Shown: piece by piece, positions 11,801-23,899 of the stretch | How the letters are laid out: every line of letters begins with the position of its first letter | How positions within the stretch are numbered: position 1 is the stretch's first letter | Origin: Octopus bimaculoides | Taxonomy: Eukaryota | Direction: 5' to 3' | DNA length: 64,000 bases | Assembly (NCBI RefSeq): GCF_001194135.2 | Contig: NC_068985.1 | Span: 96,416,754 to 96,480,753 of the forward strand | Position numbers and translations under genes: made by a program | The notes under the pieces: generated by a model | The model's database searches: none | Told to the model about the DNA's origin: nothing | The model's input: only the letters and a program-made list of their open reading frames with translations

Positions 11801-12344
11801 TGTATGTACGACGTGCTTCCACACAGTTTCTGTCACCCAAGTTCACTCACAAGGCATTCCTCGGTCCAAGGCTCTAGTAGAACACACTTGCCCGGTGTGT
11901 CTCGCAGTGGGATTGAACCCGAAACCACGTGGTTTCCGAGCGAACTTACAATATAATATTCCTCCACTTTTAAAAAGGCAAGTACTTGCAACTCCCGATG
12001 CAAAAATAATATCGAAAGTGAACTGGCTGACCTTTGCGCCACCGCTCCTCTACAATCGCAGACTCTGCAAGGTTTTACAGGTGCAACCCTTTTTATGTAC
12101 GTCAGGTAACAAACGAAAACAGAAGCTCATGCCATGAGATATCAGCTTGGACGAGATATCGCACAAACACCAAAAATATACCTGCTTCCATTCTCCTCCA
12201 CACACCGCCTCCTTTCACGTTTATTCACACCTGTGTTTTAATTAACGGTAGTCTGCATGTTGCGCATACACCCTTTTAACAAAACAACGGTGCATGAGCA
12301 AGTTAGCTGTTGCATTTCGCTGATAGTGTCTGCCTTTTAGAAAC

Positions 12345-12870
12345 AGACTTACCACCACCACCACCACCGCTACTATTACTACCAGTGCCTCTAGCTACAT
12401 CGCCAGTTCTGACGCTACCGTCATCGCCACCACATGACCACCACCAACAATACCATTGCCAACATCATTACAACTACCCACGTAACTACTATCACTAACT
12501 ACTACTTACATTATCACCAATAATACTAGAACCACAACACCATTCCAACCACCGCCACCACCATTAAAATAATCCCTACCATCACCTACACAACCAACTG
12601 CCCCGTCACTACACCACCATGTCTACATAGCCACTACTACCATTAACACACCGTCACCACTGCCAGCTACTGCCTCTACCACTAGTAGCACCACTTAAAT
12701 CCTAATCCACCGCCAACATCACCTTCACGACTAAAACAACAACACACTTATACTACCATAGCTACTACCACCCAAACTCCAGCAATCCATTCACAACATC
12801 AATCAAATACCCAGGGTGGTACAATCGTTACAACACCCGTTTAAATACCATCACTACAACCACCAACACA
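12345..12870. repeat. Decayed (CAC/ACT)n low-complexity region
   Basis: Directly visible. Confidence 0.8.
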
Positions 12871-13027
12871 CCTTATTGGGGTACCTTTTAACAGATTTCT
12901 ACTCTGGTCCAGTAATTTGGGCCGGATTTCTAGTCTGAGGATAATTTGCTCCCGTCCTCTCCTTTCCTCCGCCACCATCACGCGGGCCCTGAAAATTATG
13001 ATGGGTGTTGCCCCTGATCCTCTAAGT

Positions 13028-13472
13028 CAGTGGTTCCCATCCGGGGTTCATTTGACCCTTAGGAGTCCCTAACAGATTTTGTTATTCAAATTTATATGCA
13101 ATAAATCCCTATTAATATTGGTTTCAAATTTCGGCACAACACCAGCAATTCTGGGAAGGAGTTAAGTCGATTACATCGACCCCAAGTACTCAACTGGTAC
13201 TTATTTTATCGACCACCGAAAGGACGTAAGGCAAAGTCTGCCTCGGCGAAATTTGCACACAGAACGTAAAGACGGACGAAATGCCGCTAAGCATTTTAAC
13301 CGGTATGCTAACGATTTTGCCAGCTCGCTGCCTTACAATTCCTAATATTTAATTGCAAGAATATAATAGGATGTTTTAAACATCAAATGGCTATGGGGGG
13401 GGGGGGGGTCTAGTGGAATAAAATAAAAATCAAAGGGGACCATAGTTAAAAAATAGTTTTTGAGCGCCACTG
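13028..13472. mobile_element. hAT (Charlie-type) MITE with an 8-bp TSD, carrying a nested SINE C
   Basis: Ends cagtgg...ccactg; perfect TSD ctctaagt at 13020-13027 and 13473-13480. Related ends at 17524 (cagaggttctcaacc) and 1800 (gggaaccactg). Confidence 0.85.
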
Positions 13473-13780
13473 CTCTAAGTTACGTAAAAACCACATTAAT
13501 TTATAAAAATAATACAATAGAAGCAACACCGGAACAATAACTTCCCGATAATCAATACCGATTATGAAAACCGATACAACTTATCTCTTAAACTGCAGTC
13601 GGTCATCTTCAATGCATCTATTCAATGTATTTAGAGCGCCAACCCGGTAACATTGTTATGGTTGACTGCGCGCCATAATGGCAATGTTACGGTCGTCTGC
13701 ACACGAGCGTTGCATAAATACTTCAGTCTGTTTCCTAAATTTATGAAGGAATTATGTTGTAATGTGCCAATAGCACCTTT

Positions 13781-13781
<1 letters not shown>

Positions 13782-13815
<34 letters not shown>

Positions 13816-13893
13816 CCTACCTACCTACCTACCTACCTACCTGTCAGTCAGTCAGTCAGTCTGTCTGTCTGTTTGTCTGTTTGTCCGTCTATC
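13782..13893. repeat. Compound tetranucleotide microsatellite (TATC)n(TACC)n(GTCA)n(GTCT)n
   Basis: Directly visible. Confidence 0.92.
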
Positions 13894-13904
13894 AGCATAT
13901 ATGT

Positions 13905-14255
13905 GCTACCATGCTGGGAGACTGCGTTGAAGAATTTTTAGTCGAATGTATGACCCGTAGTACTTACATTTTTTTGAAAGCCTCTTACTTATTCAATCGA
14001 TCTCATTTGCCTAACCGCTAAGTTACGAGAACGTAAACACACCAACAGCGGTTCTTAAGCGGTGGTCACACACACACACACACACACACAAATGTATATA
14101 ACAGACTTCTTTTAGATTCCGTCTACCAGATCGGCTCACAAGGCTTTGGTCGGTCCGGGGCTATAGTAGAAGTAGACACACCCAAGGTGACACGCATGGG
14201 ACTGAACCCAGAAACATGTGGTTGGAAAGCAAATTTCTTACCACACAGCCACACC
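13905..14255 (-). mobile_element. SINE family A copy
   Basis: 3' body, (CA)n and head recognisable. Confidence 0.75.
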
Positions 14256-14719
14256 TGCACCACTGATATATATATATATATATGATGGTGGTGGTGGCGG
14301 TAGATCTCTCTCTTGGCGATGGGAGTTGTTCGTTGAACTCAATTAGTTGCACCTGAATCAATGTTTAAGAATCTAAGCATTCCGTTGCCCTGCGCATCGT
14401 TAACAGAAATTCTCAGGTAGATTCAAAGTGATACAGTGAGGGACAAAGCTGTACCTTTTTTGAATTACAAATGATTTACCTAATGGGCTTCTATACAGTC
14501 TCCATCAACTCAGTTTCACCGACAATAGGTAGCTTGATCCGAAGCCATAGTAAGTGACATTTAGGGTGCCACTCAGAGAGATTGAAACCAGGATCTCGTG
14601 GTTGCGAAATGAACTTAACTATTCGAGCATACTGCGCCGTGTAACATATTAGAAAACGCCTGACATCCATTCTTTTGCCTTGACAGAAAGAAGTGAAATT
14701 TGCAGGCTAAGATATAGAG

Positions 14720-14990
14720 AGTGGAGGCGCAATGGCCCAGTGGTTAAGGCAGCGGACTCGTGGTCGGAGGATCGCGGTTTCGATTGTGTATTTATTGAGC
14801 GAAAATATCTAAAGCTCCATGAGGCTTCGGCAGGGGGTGGTGGTGACCCCTGTTGTACTCTTTCTTCCTGTTTCTTGAGTAACACTGCGATGGACTGGCG
14901 TCCCGTCCAGCTGGGGGAACACATACACCATAGAAACCGGGAAACAGGGTCCATGAGACTGGCTAGGCTTTAAAAGGGTGCATAAAAAAA
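14720..14990 (+). mobile_element. SINE with a family-B tRNA head but a different body/tail (gatggactggcgtcccgtccag module)
   Basis: Same head as 1051-1438, then switches to a module also seen at 17745-17870 (minus) and about 63460-63540. Confidence 0.7.
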
Positions 14991-15009
14991 AGATATAGAG
15001 AACTTATCA

Positions 15010-15800
15010 ACAACACTGCGGTCCCGCGCTCACTCAAGGAATGGTTTATCAAAAATTCATACGAGAAACAAAGACTAGGTGAGAAACGCCGTCTCTACGT
15101 TGCTTACTCAAGCAACTCCGATTCCACCTTGAACAAAGATGAATATATTACGTATAATACGAAATGAAAAGCATATTTCTCCAAACACCTATTAACTAAG
15201 AGCTAGCTGTCTCACCAACATTGTTAGAGTCCCAGCAAACGCCAAATATGCTCTCCCAGTGGCAGAACTTCTGGATCGGATTCAATTCCAGATGAGATTT
15301 TTCAATGAAGGTGATTCAACTGTAAAAGAAAATCTCCGCCAACTATTTCTCCTACTTTGGCAAAGCTACTAAACTCATAAATAACGAAAAAGATTATCCA
15401 AAGAAAAACAGAAGCCTGGCAAACATTTGTGTTCAACATAAACTACACTCACAACAAAAAAAAGAAAGAAAACGCTATAAAGGTAATTAGCAGCACCGAT
15501 AAGACACGCCACACCTCGTATCAGAATAACAACATCAAGTAACAAATTCACACTTCAAGAGCCAGCAAATTCTCTCTTCAAATATTTTACCGAAATCTTT
15601 CTCCAAAACAGAATAAAGAAGCCAGGAACACACAACGCAAGATATGTACCCTCTATTATAGAACGCGACCTTCAACACTTCCATCTATCAGACGACAGAA
15701 ATCTGTAAGGGAGTGTCAAAACGTAAAAGCCGTACGGTCAAACAAAGTTATCCACGTACACGTCGAGGATTTGAAGGAAGCATTGCAGCCACTACGATTT

Positions 15801-15844
<44 letters not shown>

Positions 15845-17060
15845 NNNNNNNNNNNNNNNNNNNNNNNNNNNNNNNNNNNNNNNNNNNNNNNNNNNNNNNN
15901 NNNNNNNNNNNNNNNNNNNNNNNNNNNNNNNNNNNNNNNNNNNNNNNNNNNNNNNNNNNNNNNNNNNNNNNNNNNNNNNNNNNNNNNNNNNNNNNNNNNN
16001 NNNNNNNNNNNNNNNNNNNNNNNNNNNNNNNNNNNNNNNNNNNNNNNNNNNNNNNNNNNNNNNNNNNNNNNNNNNNNNNNNNNNNNNNNNNNNNNNNNNN
16101 NNNNNNNNNNNNNNNNNNNNNNNNNNNNNNNNNNNNNNNNNNNNNNNNNNNNNNNNNNNNNNNNNNNNNNNNNNNNNNNNNNNNNNNNNNNNNNNNNNNN
16201 NNNNNNNNNNNNNNNNNNNNNNNNNNNNNNNNNNNNNNNNNNNNNNNNNNNNNNNNNNNNNNNNNNNNNNNNNNNNNNNNNNNNNNNNNNNNNNNNNNNN
16301 NNNNNNNNNNNNNNNNNNNNNNNNNNNNNNNNNNNNNNNNNNNNNNNNNNNNNNNNNNNNNNNNNNNNNNNNNNNNNNNNNNNNNNNNNNNNNNNNNNNN
16401 NNNNNNNNNNNNNNNNNNNNNNNNNNNNNNNNNNNGATCGACCCTAGTACGCAACAGTACTTATTTAATCGACCCCAAAAGGATGAAAGGCAAAGTCGAC
16501 CTCGGCGAAATTTGAACTCAGAACGTAACGGCAGACGAAATACCGCTAAGCATTTCGCCCGGTGTGCTAACGATTCTGCCAGCTCGCCACCTCACACCGC
16601 CCCATACTGCATAGATGACAAAATAAAGCAAAAACAACGCGCAGTCATACTCATAGCAGACACAGGTTGCACAGATGGCCAACAGAACAGAAACAACCCT
16701 AATACTGTATAAACGGTACATTACAGAGCCATCGTAGACTACGCATCTCTCTGCATTTGACTCCCACTACGAAGTAGAGAGAGCTACGCACCATTCATCA
16801 GAAAAAAGGTCGCAAACACATCCCACCTATAAACCACATGCACAACGTGATGGAAATTCTTTGAAATATAAAATCAGCTGGACATGCGCGGGACACAGTC
16901 TACTGCTGCAACAAGCTACAACGCCCACAGTTTCTGCAACCACGTGAAATAACCACCACTACACCCCCCACAAAAAAAAAAAAACGTATGAAAGACTCCC
17001 AGAATACAACTAAAACAACATCCTAAGAAAAGAGATGACAAACGTGACAAAACACATCTG
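15010..17060 (+). mobile_element. Highly decayed LINE ORF2 remnant (I/Jockey-group-like), interrupted by (CA)n, a gap and a SINE
   Basis: A/C-rich strand. ETTLILYKRYI/RAIVDYAS at about 16690-16748 resembles the LYKxYIRPxLEYAS post-RT motif; RKKTEAWQTFVFNINY near 15400 resembles the pre-RT W..F...IN motif. Confidence 0.5.
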
Positions 17061-17109
17061 CAGAGAAATAGTTGGGATATCACGAAGCTACATTTGTCCC
17101 CAAACACAT

Positions 17110-17425
17110 TTGTCCCTTCTAGTCTGCGGCCATGCTGGGGCACTGCCTAGAAGGTTTTTAGCCGAACAAATCGACTCCGGGACTTATTTTCAAAAGTCAG
17201 CTTTTGCCAAAACGCTAAGTTACAGAGACGTAAACAAACCAACAACGTTTGTTTAGCAGTGTGGACACACAACACTCTTTCACGCAGTTTCCAGCCACCA
17301 AATTCACTCAGAAGTCATTGGTCGGCTATAATAGAAGACATTTGCCCATAGTGCCGCGCAGTGGGACTGAACCCAAAACCACGCGCTTCTAAAGTGAGCT
17401 TCTTAACCAGACAACCATGCCTGCG
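17110..17425 (-). mobile_element. SINE family A copy (decayed)
   Basis: 3' body and head recognisable on the minus strand. Confidence 0.7.
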
Positions 17426-17999
17426 CCTAGCGTAAAGGTACGGCAAATGTCGCACTCTAAACAAGTCTCCAGAGATCACCTGTTTCCACTCTGGCGAACA
17501 CCAGAAAATGAGAACCTTTATACCAGAGGTTCTCAACCATTTTTTATCTAGGGACCCCTTTGGTTACTATTGTATTCTGGTGTACTCCCATAGCCATTTG
17601 ATGTTTAAAAACTATTTTCATAGAAACGCCTTCCAAAATTCCTATTTTCTTCATCACAAATTAACTTGTGTAGGTCGAACCATGTAAAATGTTAGAGAAA
17701 GAAACCTAGCTGTTTCTTGCAATAAATAATAAAATAAATGCGCCCTTTTAAAGCCTAGCCAGGCTCATGGGACCGGTTTCCTGGTTTCAATGGCGTATGT
17801 GTTCTCCAGCTGGACAGGACGCCAGTCCATCGCAGTGTTACTCATTTTTGCCAGCTGACTGGACTGTAGAAACTAGTTGAATGAAGTAATCTATGCAAGA
17901 AAGTTCAGAGATAGGAAATGTAGAACAACAGCGAAGTGGTGGCTTTCAATCATGGGGCGTAGAGAAATAGACGGACATAGCAACGACGTGAATGCCTCT

Positions 18000-18460
18000 A
18001 AGTCTAATTGACTAAGAAGCGAAAAGCTGGGTTAGCAAGCTGTTTTGACTAATGGAACGCTAGACATTCTAGAAACTTCCAAGAGAAACGCCAAGCTTCT
18101 TGAATGATTAAGGATCACGTCTCGTGACAATGATGCTTCGAGAAGCTTAGAAAAGGGAGGTTTCTCTATGACCTTTCATGCAAGGGAGGCCATTCAGCTA
18201 CCTATCTACCTACACTGTTACAACACTTTCAGGAAAGACATGAATGTGGAGAAGATTCCAGAGGGATGAAGTTCTGGTAAAAAAGGACTTACCATGATAC
18301 TTAGTGCGAGGCCGGTAGATTTGGAGGTGGGGGCAGCAAAGAGACGAGAGGGTGAGATGTAGTTAAATGGAGAGGTACAGGATCAGTTAGCTCTAAGGAA
18401 CAGGCAATTAGAGTAGCGACAGACAAGACAGAGATGAAGCTGCACGCCCATTGGCCAGAG
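18000..18460 (+). mobile_element. Possible very decayed RTE-like LINE C-terminal remnant
   Basis: Fragments KRRE / DVVKWRGTG...AIRVATDKT loosely fit the RTE R.RW.D.I..WTG...A..A.DR end motif. Confidence 0.3.
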
Positions 18461-18562
18461 CTTGGAGCATGTTCTTAAATAACAGAAAATCCTTTATTTT
18501 TATGATTAAATATTGTTAGGAATTGTATAACAAAAAAAAGTTGTTGAAACATTTTGAATAGT

Positions 18563-18866
18563 GTAGGAGTGGCTTTGTGGTAAGTAGCTTGCTTACCAAC
18601 CACATGGTCCCGGGTTCAGTCCCACTGCGTGGTTACCTTGGGCAAGTGTCTTCTACTATAGCCTCGGGTCGACCAAAGTCTTGTGAGTGGATTTGGTAGA
18701 CGGAAACTAAAAGAAGCCCGTCGTATATATGTATATATATATATATATGTATGTGTATGTATGTGTTTGTGTGTCTGTGTTTGTCCCCCCACCAATATCG
18801 CTTGACAACCGATGCTGGTGTGTTTACGTCCCCGTAACTTAGCGGTTCGGCAAAAGTTACCGATAG
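18563..18866 (+). mobile_element. SINE family A copy truncated by an assembly gap
   Basis: Intact head ggagtggctttgtggtaag...gggttcagtcccactg, CORE-like block and microsatellite. Confidence 0.87.
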
Positions 18867-20390
18867 NNNNNNNNNNNNNNNNNNNNNNNNNNNNNNNNNN
18901 NNNNNNNNNNNNNNNNNNNNNNNNNNNNNNNNNNNNNNNNNNNNNNNNNNNNNNNNNNNNNNNNNNNNNNNNNNNNNNNNNNNNNNNNNNNNNNNNNNNN
19001 NNNNNNNNNNNNNNNNNNNNNNNNNNNNNNNNNNNNNNNNNNNNNNNNNNNNNNNNNNNNNNNNNNNNNNNNNNNNNNNNNNNNNNNNNNNNNNNNNNNN
19101 NNNNNNNNNNNNNNNNNNNNNNNNNNNNNNNNNNNNNNNNNNNNNNNNNNNNNNNNNNNNNNNNNNNNNNNNNNNNNNNNNNNNNNNNNNNNNNNNNNNN
19201 NNNNNNNNNNNNNNNNNNNNNNNNNNNNNNNNNNNNNNNNNNNNNNNNNNNNNNNNNNNNNNNNNNNNNNNNNNNNNNNNNNNNNNNNNNNNNNNNNNNN
19301 NNNNNNNNNNNNNNNNNNNNNNNNNNNNNNNNNNNNNNNNNNNNNNNNNNNNNNNNNNNNNNNNNNNNNNNNNNNNNNNNNNNNNNNNNNNNNNNNNNNN
19401 NNNNNNNNNNNNNNNNNNNNNNNNNNNNNNNNNNNNNNNNNNNNNNNNNNNNNNNNNNNNNNNNNNNNNNNNNNNNNNNNNNNNNNNNNNNNNNNNNNNN
19501 NNNNNNNNNNNNNNNNNNNNNNNNNNNNNNNNNNNNNNNNNNNNNNNNNNNNNNNNNNNNNNNNNNNNNNNNNNNNNNNNNNNNNNNNNNNNNNNNNNNN
19601 NNNNNNNNNNNNNNNNNNNNNNNNNNNNNNNNNNNNNNNNNNNNNNNNNNNNNNNNNNNNNNNNNNNNGTGTGTGCGTATGCGTACAAAATCCTTATTTA
19701 TTCGCATACATAGATTAATGTTACACGTTTGTCTATCTGTAAGTATATATATATATATATATATATATGATATTTACATGCAAACATACATTAATATATA
19801 CGTGTGTGTATACACACACATGAGCTGTTTACACACACGCACGCACACGCACACACACACACATACATAAACATATGTGAGTGTGTGGAGGGAAAGAGAA
19901 GGTTTGGTGAATGACGAAAGTTTTATTATAATCAGTACTTTCGGTGCAACAGATTGGAGATCTCTAGAGAATTACCCCTGGAGCAACATGTAACACACTA
20001 TATATTCATCACATACAGGCATAAACACACACACACACACACGTACGTTAAGCATATAAACAGACGCGCACACACAGAAATACATATGTCGTATTCAAAG
20101 CACAACTGCGTTCTGGTTTTATCTTTTTATCAGGGTTTTTTTTTCATATTTTCACGCATTCTTTACAGTTTATTTAGAAAAATAAGTTCCTAACTCCTCA
20201 ATTAGATGTTTTGTCGTTCGTAATCTCACTTTGTGAATGAAGTGATGTCAGCGTGTCATCGTCTCTTTATTGTAGGGAGAGCCAATGTCATTGGTGTAGG
20301 TACTACCACCGGAATTTCAACTTAGACTGTTAGATTTATACGTCATCGGGTGGTCATTGTTTGTGATTGGTGTATGTTTCTTTGTATATT

Positions 20391-20560
20391 CACTAGTGTA
20401 ACTAGAGGTGGGTGGAGGGGTCAGTCTACCCCTGGCGACATTTTTATGGAAGTGGAACCACTTTAGGGTCTGCTGTAGGCAATATGTATTTTTTGTCGAG
20501 GCCCGAAATCAGCAAACTGAAGGGCCACCCTGGACGGCATACACTCTAGCTATGCTAGTG
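20391..20560. mobile_element. hAT-type MITE, 170 bp
   Basis: 17-bp imperfect TIR cactagtgtaactagag / ctctagctatgctagtg; 8-bp TSD tgtatatt / agtatatt (7/8). Confidence 0.75.
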
Positions 20561-21377
20561 AGTATATTGCAGTATTGTGCAGTGTACGAATATTGTTTTT
20601 TTATGATTGATCGATGGAGCTGTGCATGAATGTAGGGAGAATTCTGTGCAGTTATATCTCTTAACTTACATAATTTTGCGATGTGCATTACAACTGCTCG
20701 TTGTTGTAAGTGTATGGTAAGCTTTTGGGCGTGTGTCGTACTTGTAAGACTAATGTAACAGTTATAGTCACGAAGTTTACAATTTTTACGTTTACAATCT
20801 AATTTGCAAATCACATTAGTCATTAATAGATTGTTCACAGGCTTAAGTTAGTTTTTACATAGTGATTTGGTAGATTTCAGTACGTAGTAACTTTTTCCCC
20901 GTATGGAGATTTGGTATAACGCATTTTATGTTAATTTATAAGGTTTTTGATAATGAGTTCATCTATTCTGTCGTTTGTATGTCTTTAAATGTTATAATAC
21001 ATTTTAAGTGAAAAAAAAAAACATTTATTACATGCAAGGGAGCCTGGAATGCCTGCAACAAGGTTCAAAACATCTAGCAATCGAGGGCCTATGTAATGAG
21101 TATTTGATTATTTTTCTCTGTGGAGCCAAAACCTGAACTATGAAAGAAGTACCTTCAAGATCATCTTGGTGGTACTTAGAGCAAGCTTCACTTGGGCGCT
21201 CAAAAATATAACTGTTACCCCTGTGGCAAAAATATTCATTAACTTATAAGCCAAATGTAGAGTAGTCTTAAACTTGGCGGAGTAGTTATTGATCAATGGA
21301 TTGCATTGTTTAGCCGACAACCAAGGATTAGTTAGAATCAGACAATATTAGCAAATCGAGTAGGGCAATATTAGCAA

Positions 21378-21745
21378 GGCAGCGAACTGGCAGGAACGTT
21401 AGCACGCCGGGCGAAATGCTTAGCGGTTGACTTTATCTTTCATCCTTTCAGGGTCGATAAATTAAGTACCATTATTTACATTATTTACATTCGACGGATA
21501 TTTGTCCTCATCTTGTTTGTTGTTAACACAACGTTTCGGCTGATATACCCTGCAGCCTTCTTCAGGAAAACGTTGTGTTTACAACAAACAAGATGAGGAC
21601 AAATATCTATCGAATGTAAATAATGTACATAATTCCTCATCTCTTAAATATAGAACTAAATTAAGTGCCAGTTGCGTACTTGGGTCGATCTAATCGACTG
21701 GCCCCCTCCCCCAAAATTTCGAGCCTTGTGCCTAGAGTAGAAAAG
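21378..21745 (+). mobile_element. SINE family C copy with an 11-bp TSD, interrupted by the Penelope-like insertion
   Basis: TSD aatattagcaa at 21367-21377 and 21746-21756. Confidence 0.82.
21471..21657. mobile_element. Penelope-like inverted (tail-to-tail) pLTR fragment with a hammerhead core, inserted in a SINE
   Basis: 57-bp inverted arms at 21480-21536 and 21568-21624 (about 3 mismatches). The minus-strand loop reads CUGAAGA-A-GGCUG...CAGCC-GAAACGUU. Flanked by the near-identical 12-mers aaattaagtacc / aaattaagtgcc. Confidence 0.7.
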
Positions 21746-22364
21746 AATATTAGCAAATCGAGCAAATAAAGAAGCTTTAACACATTTTATTTTCTACTAA
21801 TATGGTGTATCTAGAACTTCATTATTCAATCTCCATTTTTAGGACGTGTTTTTTAGCTGCTATTTCTAGTAGATAATACCACCACATAAAGATTCCCCGT
21901 TGGTTCATTAATTTGTTGAAAGCAGAGATGAACTGACTATACTAGACAAAAGTGTTTCTTGCAGCATCTGGCTAAGAAATAAAGAAAAAAGTTCGAAAGA
22001 TGCGAAGGACAGAAACTCGCCGACAAAATCAGATGCAGATGTCACAGCAGCCATTAGTCACTTGCCGTAGCAATGTTTGTTGCAGCTGAAGCTACATTAG
22101 TCGTACGATAAACTCGTATGCTCACCATGTGACTGCTCGGTGCCAACTAGGTCAAAGCACCCTCGTTCCCAACAGATGTCTCCAGCTGATCAACGAAGAC
22201 AAAAAAAAAAAAAAAAGAAAAGAAAGCTAACCAAATAAAACAGAATTTCTAAAGAATCGGCCAGCTTCCATTTTCTAAACTCGTTGCATTCACATATGTT
22301 CTTACACTCGCCATATCGTGGTTGGTTTGGCTCAGTGTAAAGCTTCCTGGTGTTAAAGGAGGGG

Positions 22365-22690
22365 AGCACTGACGTTCTGTCGGTTACGTCGACGAGGGTT
22401 CCAGTTGATCCGATCGACGGAACTGCTTGCTCGTGAAATTAACGTGAAGTGGCTGAGTACTCCACAGACACGCGCACCCTTCACATATTTCTCAGGGAGA
22501 TTCAGCGTGATACAGAATGTGCCAGGGTCGGCCCTTTGAAATACAGGTACTACTCAGTTTTGCCAGCTGAGTAGACTGGAGCAACGGTGAAATAAAATGT
22601 CTTGCTCAAGGACACAACGCACACCACCAAGAATCGAACTCACGACCTTACGATTGTGAGCCGAATACCCAAACCATTAAGCCACGCGCC
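22365..22690 (-). mobile_element. SINE with a CORE-like centre (tgtgtccttgagcaagac) and a family-B tail
   Basis: tRNA-like head, MIR/CORE-like ccttgagcaag block, tail identical to family B. Relatives at 26455-26610, 43540-43810 and 63815-63955. Confidence 0.7.
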
Positions 22691-23899
22691 TACACACGGG
22701 GTTAAAGAAGCGAGAAATAGAATGTTATGGAAGTTCATGTTGATTAATCTCGAGTGAAACCTGACTGAGCAAACCTAAAATCAGAGGCCTTCCAACCATG
22801 CCATCCTCTCTTTTATATATCTAGAATGGTGTGGTTCTATAGTCTTTAGTCCATGAGAGCGAGGACACAGTACAGAATGGTAATGGTGTGGATGACCTCC
22901 TCAAGTCATCCCCACCGGACGCGTTGAGGGAGTCATCTCCACCGCGCGAAACCGCAGCCTACCGATGAACACGCGAAGCACATACATTATGTGTGGCCGG
23001 TGCTTCTGATTCATATTTGAATTTATTTCACTCCCACTCAACACATATGGCAATGAGCTGGCGGATTCATTAGCACGTCGAACAAAATACTTAGGAGTAT
23101 TTCTTCCGGCTGTTCATGTTGAGTTCAAAACCTACCGAGGTCAACGTTGGCTTTCATCTCTTCGGAGTCGATAAAATAAAGTATTGCTCAAGTAATGGGG
23201 GCCGATTTAATCGACTTGTCCCCTCCCCTTAGCATTCCTGACCTAGAACCCTGTAACGGACCGGCATCCCTTTCAGCAAGTATGTTCTGATGTCAGTCAC
23301 TTAATCGCCATAGAAAGAAAGAAAAATACACATTCTTTAATCTTTCTTGTAAGTGTTTATTCACAACTCTCGTGTGTTTACAGTATTTTTTAATTTCATT
23401 TCTGTTATTGACATCTCGTCCTCTCTCTGTTACTGTAAAATAGCTCACTTCAAAATAAAAAAAAAATTCAAATTCAGATTTTTGCAGACTGTACAGCATG
23501 CATTTTGCGAAATTGTTACTTTTGCAAAATATACACGCATCCGAGACATAGCACACAATATGACAACGTCAAATATTAAGTTGGTGACGATTAATGGATT
23601 AATCCATAAACCGTTGGATTTATTAGCTACTGACGAACTGACAAAGGGCCACTGATGGGGTCATCCAAATTACTAGAAAAGGGGCCGTCAGATTTAAAGA
23701 CTGATTCTCGCGTACCACATTATGAGATCAGTAGGCCCCTGTCCTTGCCGTCTGCCATGCAGCTTGGTACCATGGGGCTGCCGGCAGATCCCCCCATCTC
23801 TGTCTTCTACGATGCACCGGATGCAGCCGTAAAGGGGCTTCAAGTTAAAAGAGCTAAGTTTTGATAAGGTTGCAGGATCGTGAAAATTTTTGCCCATCC

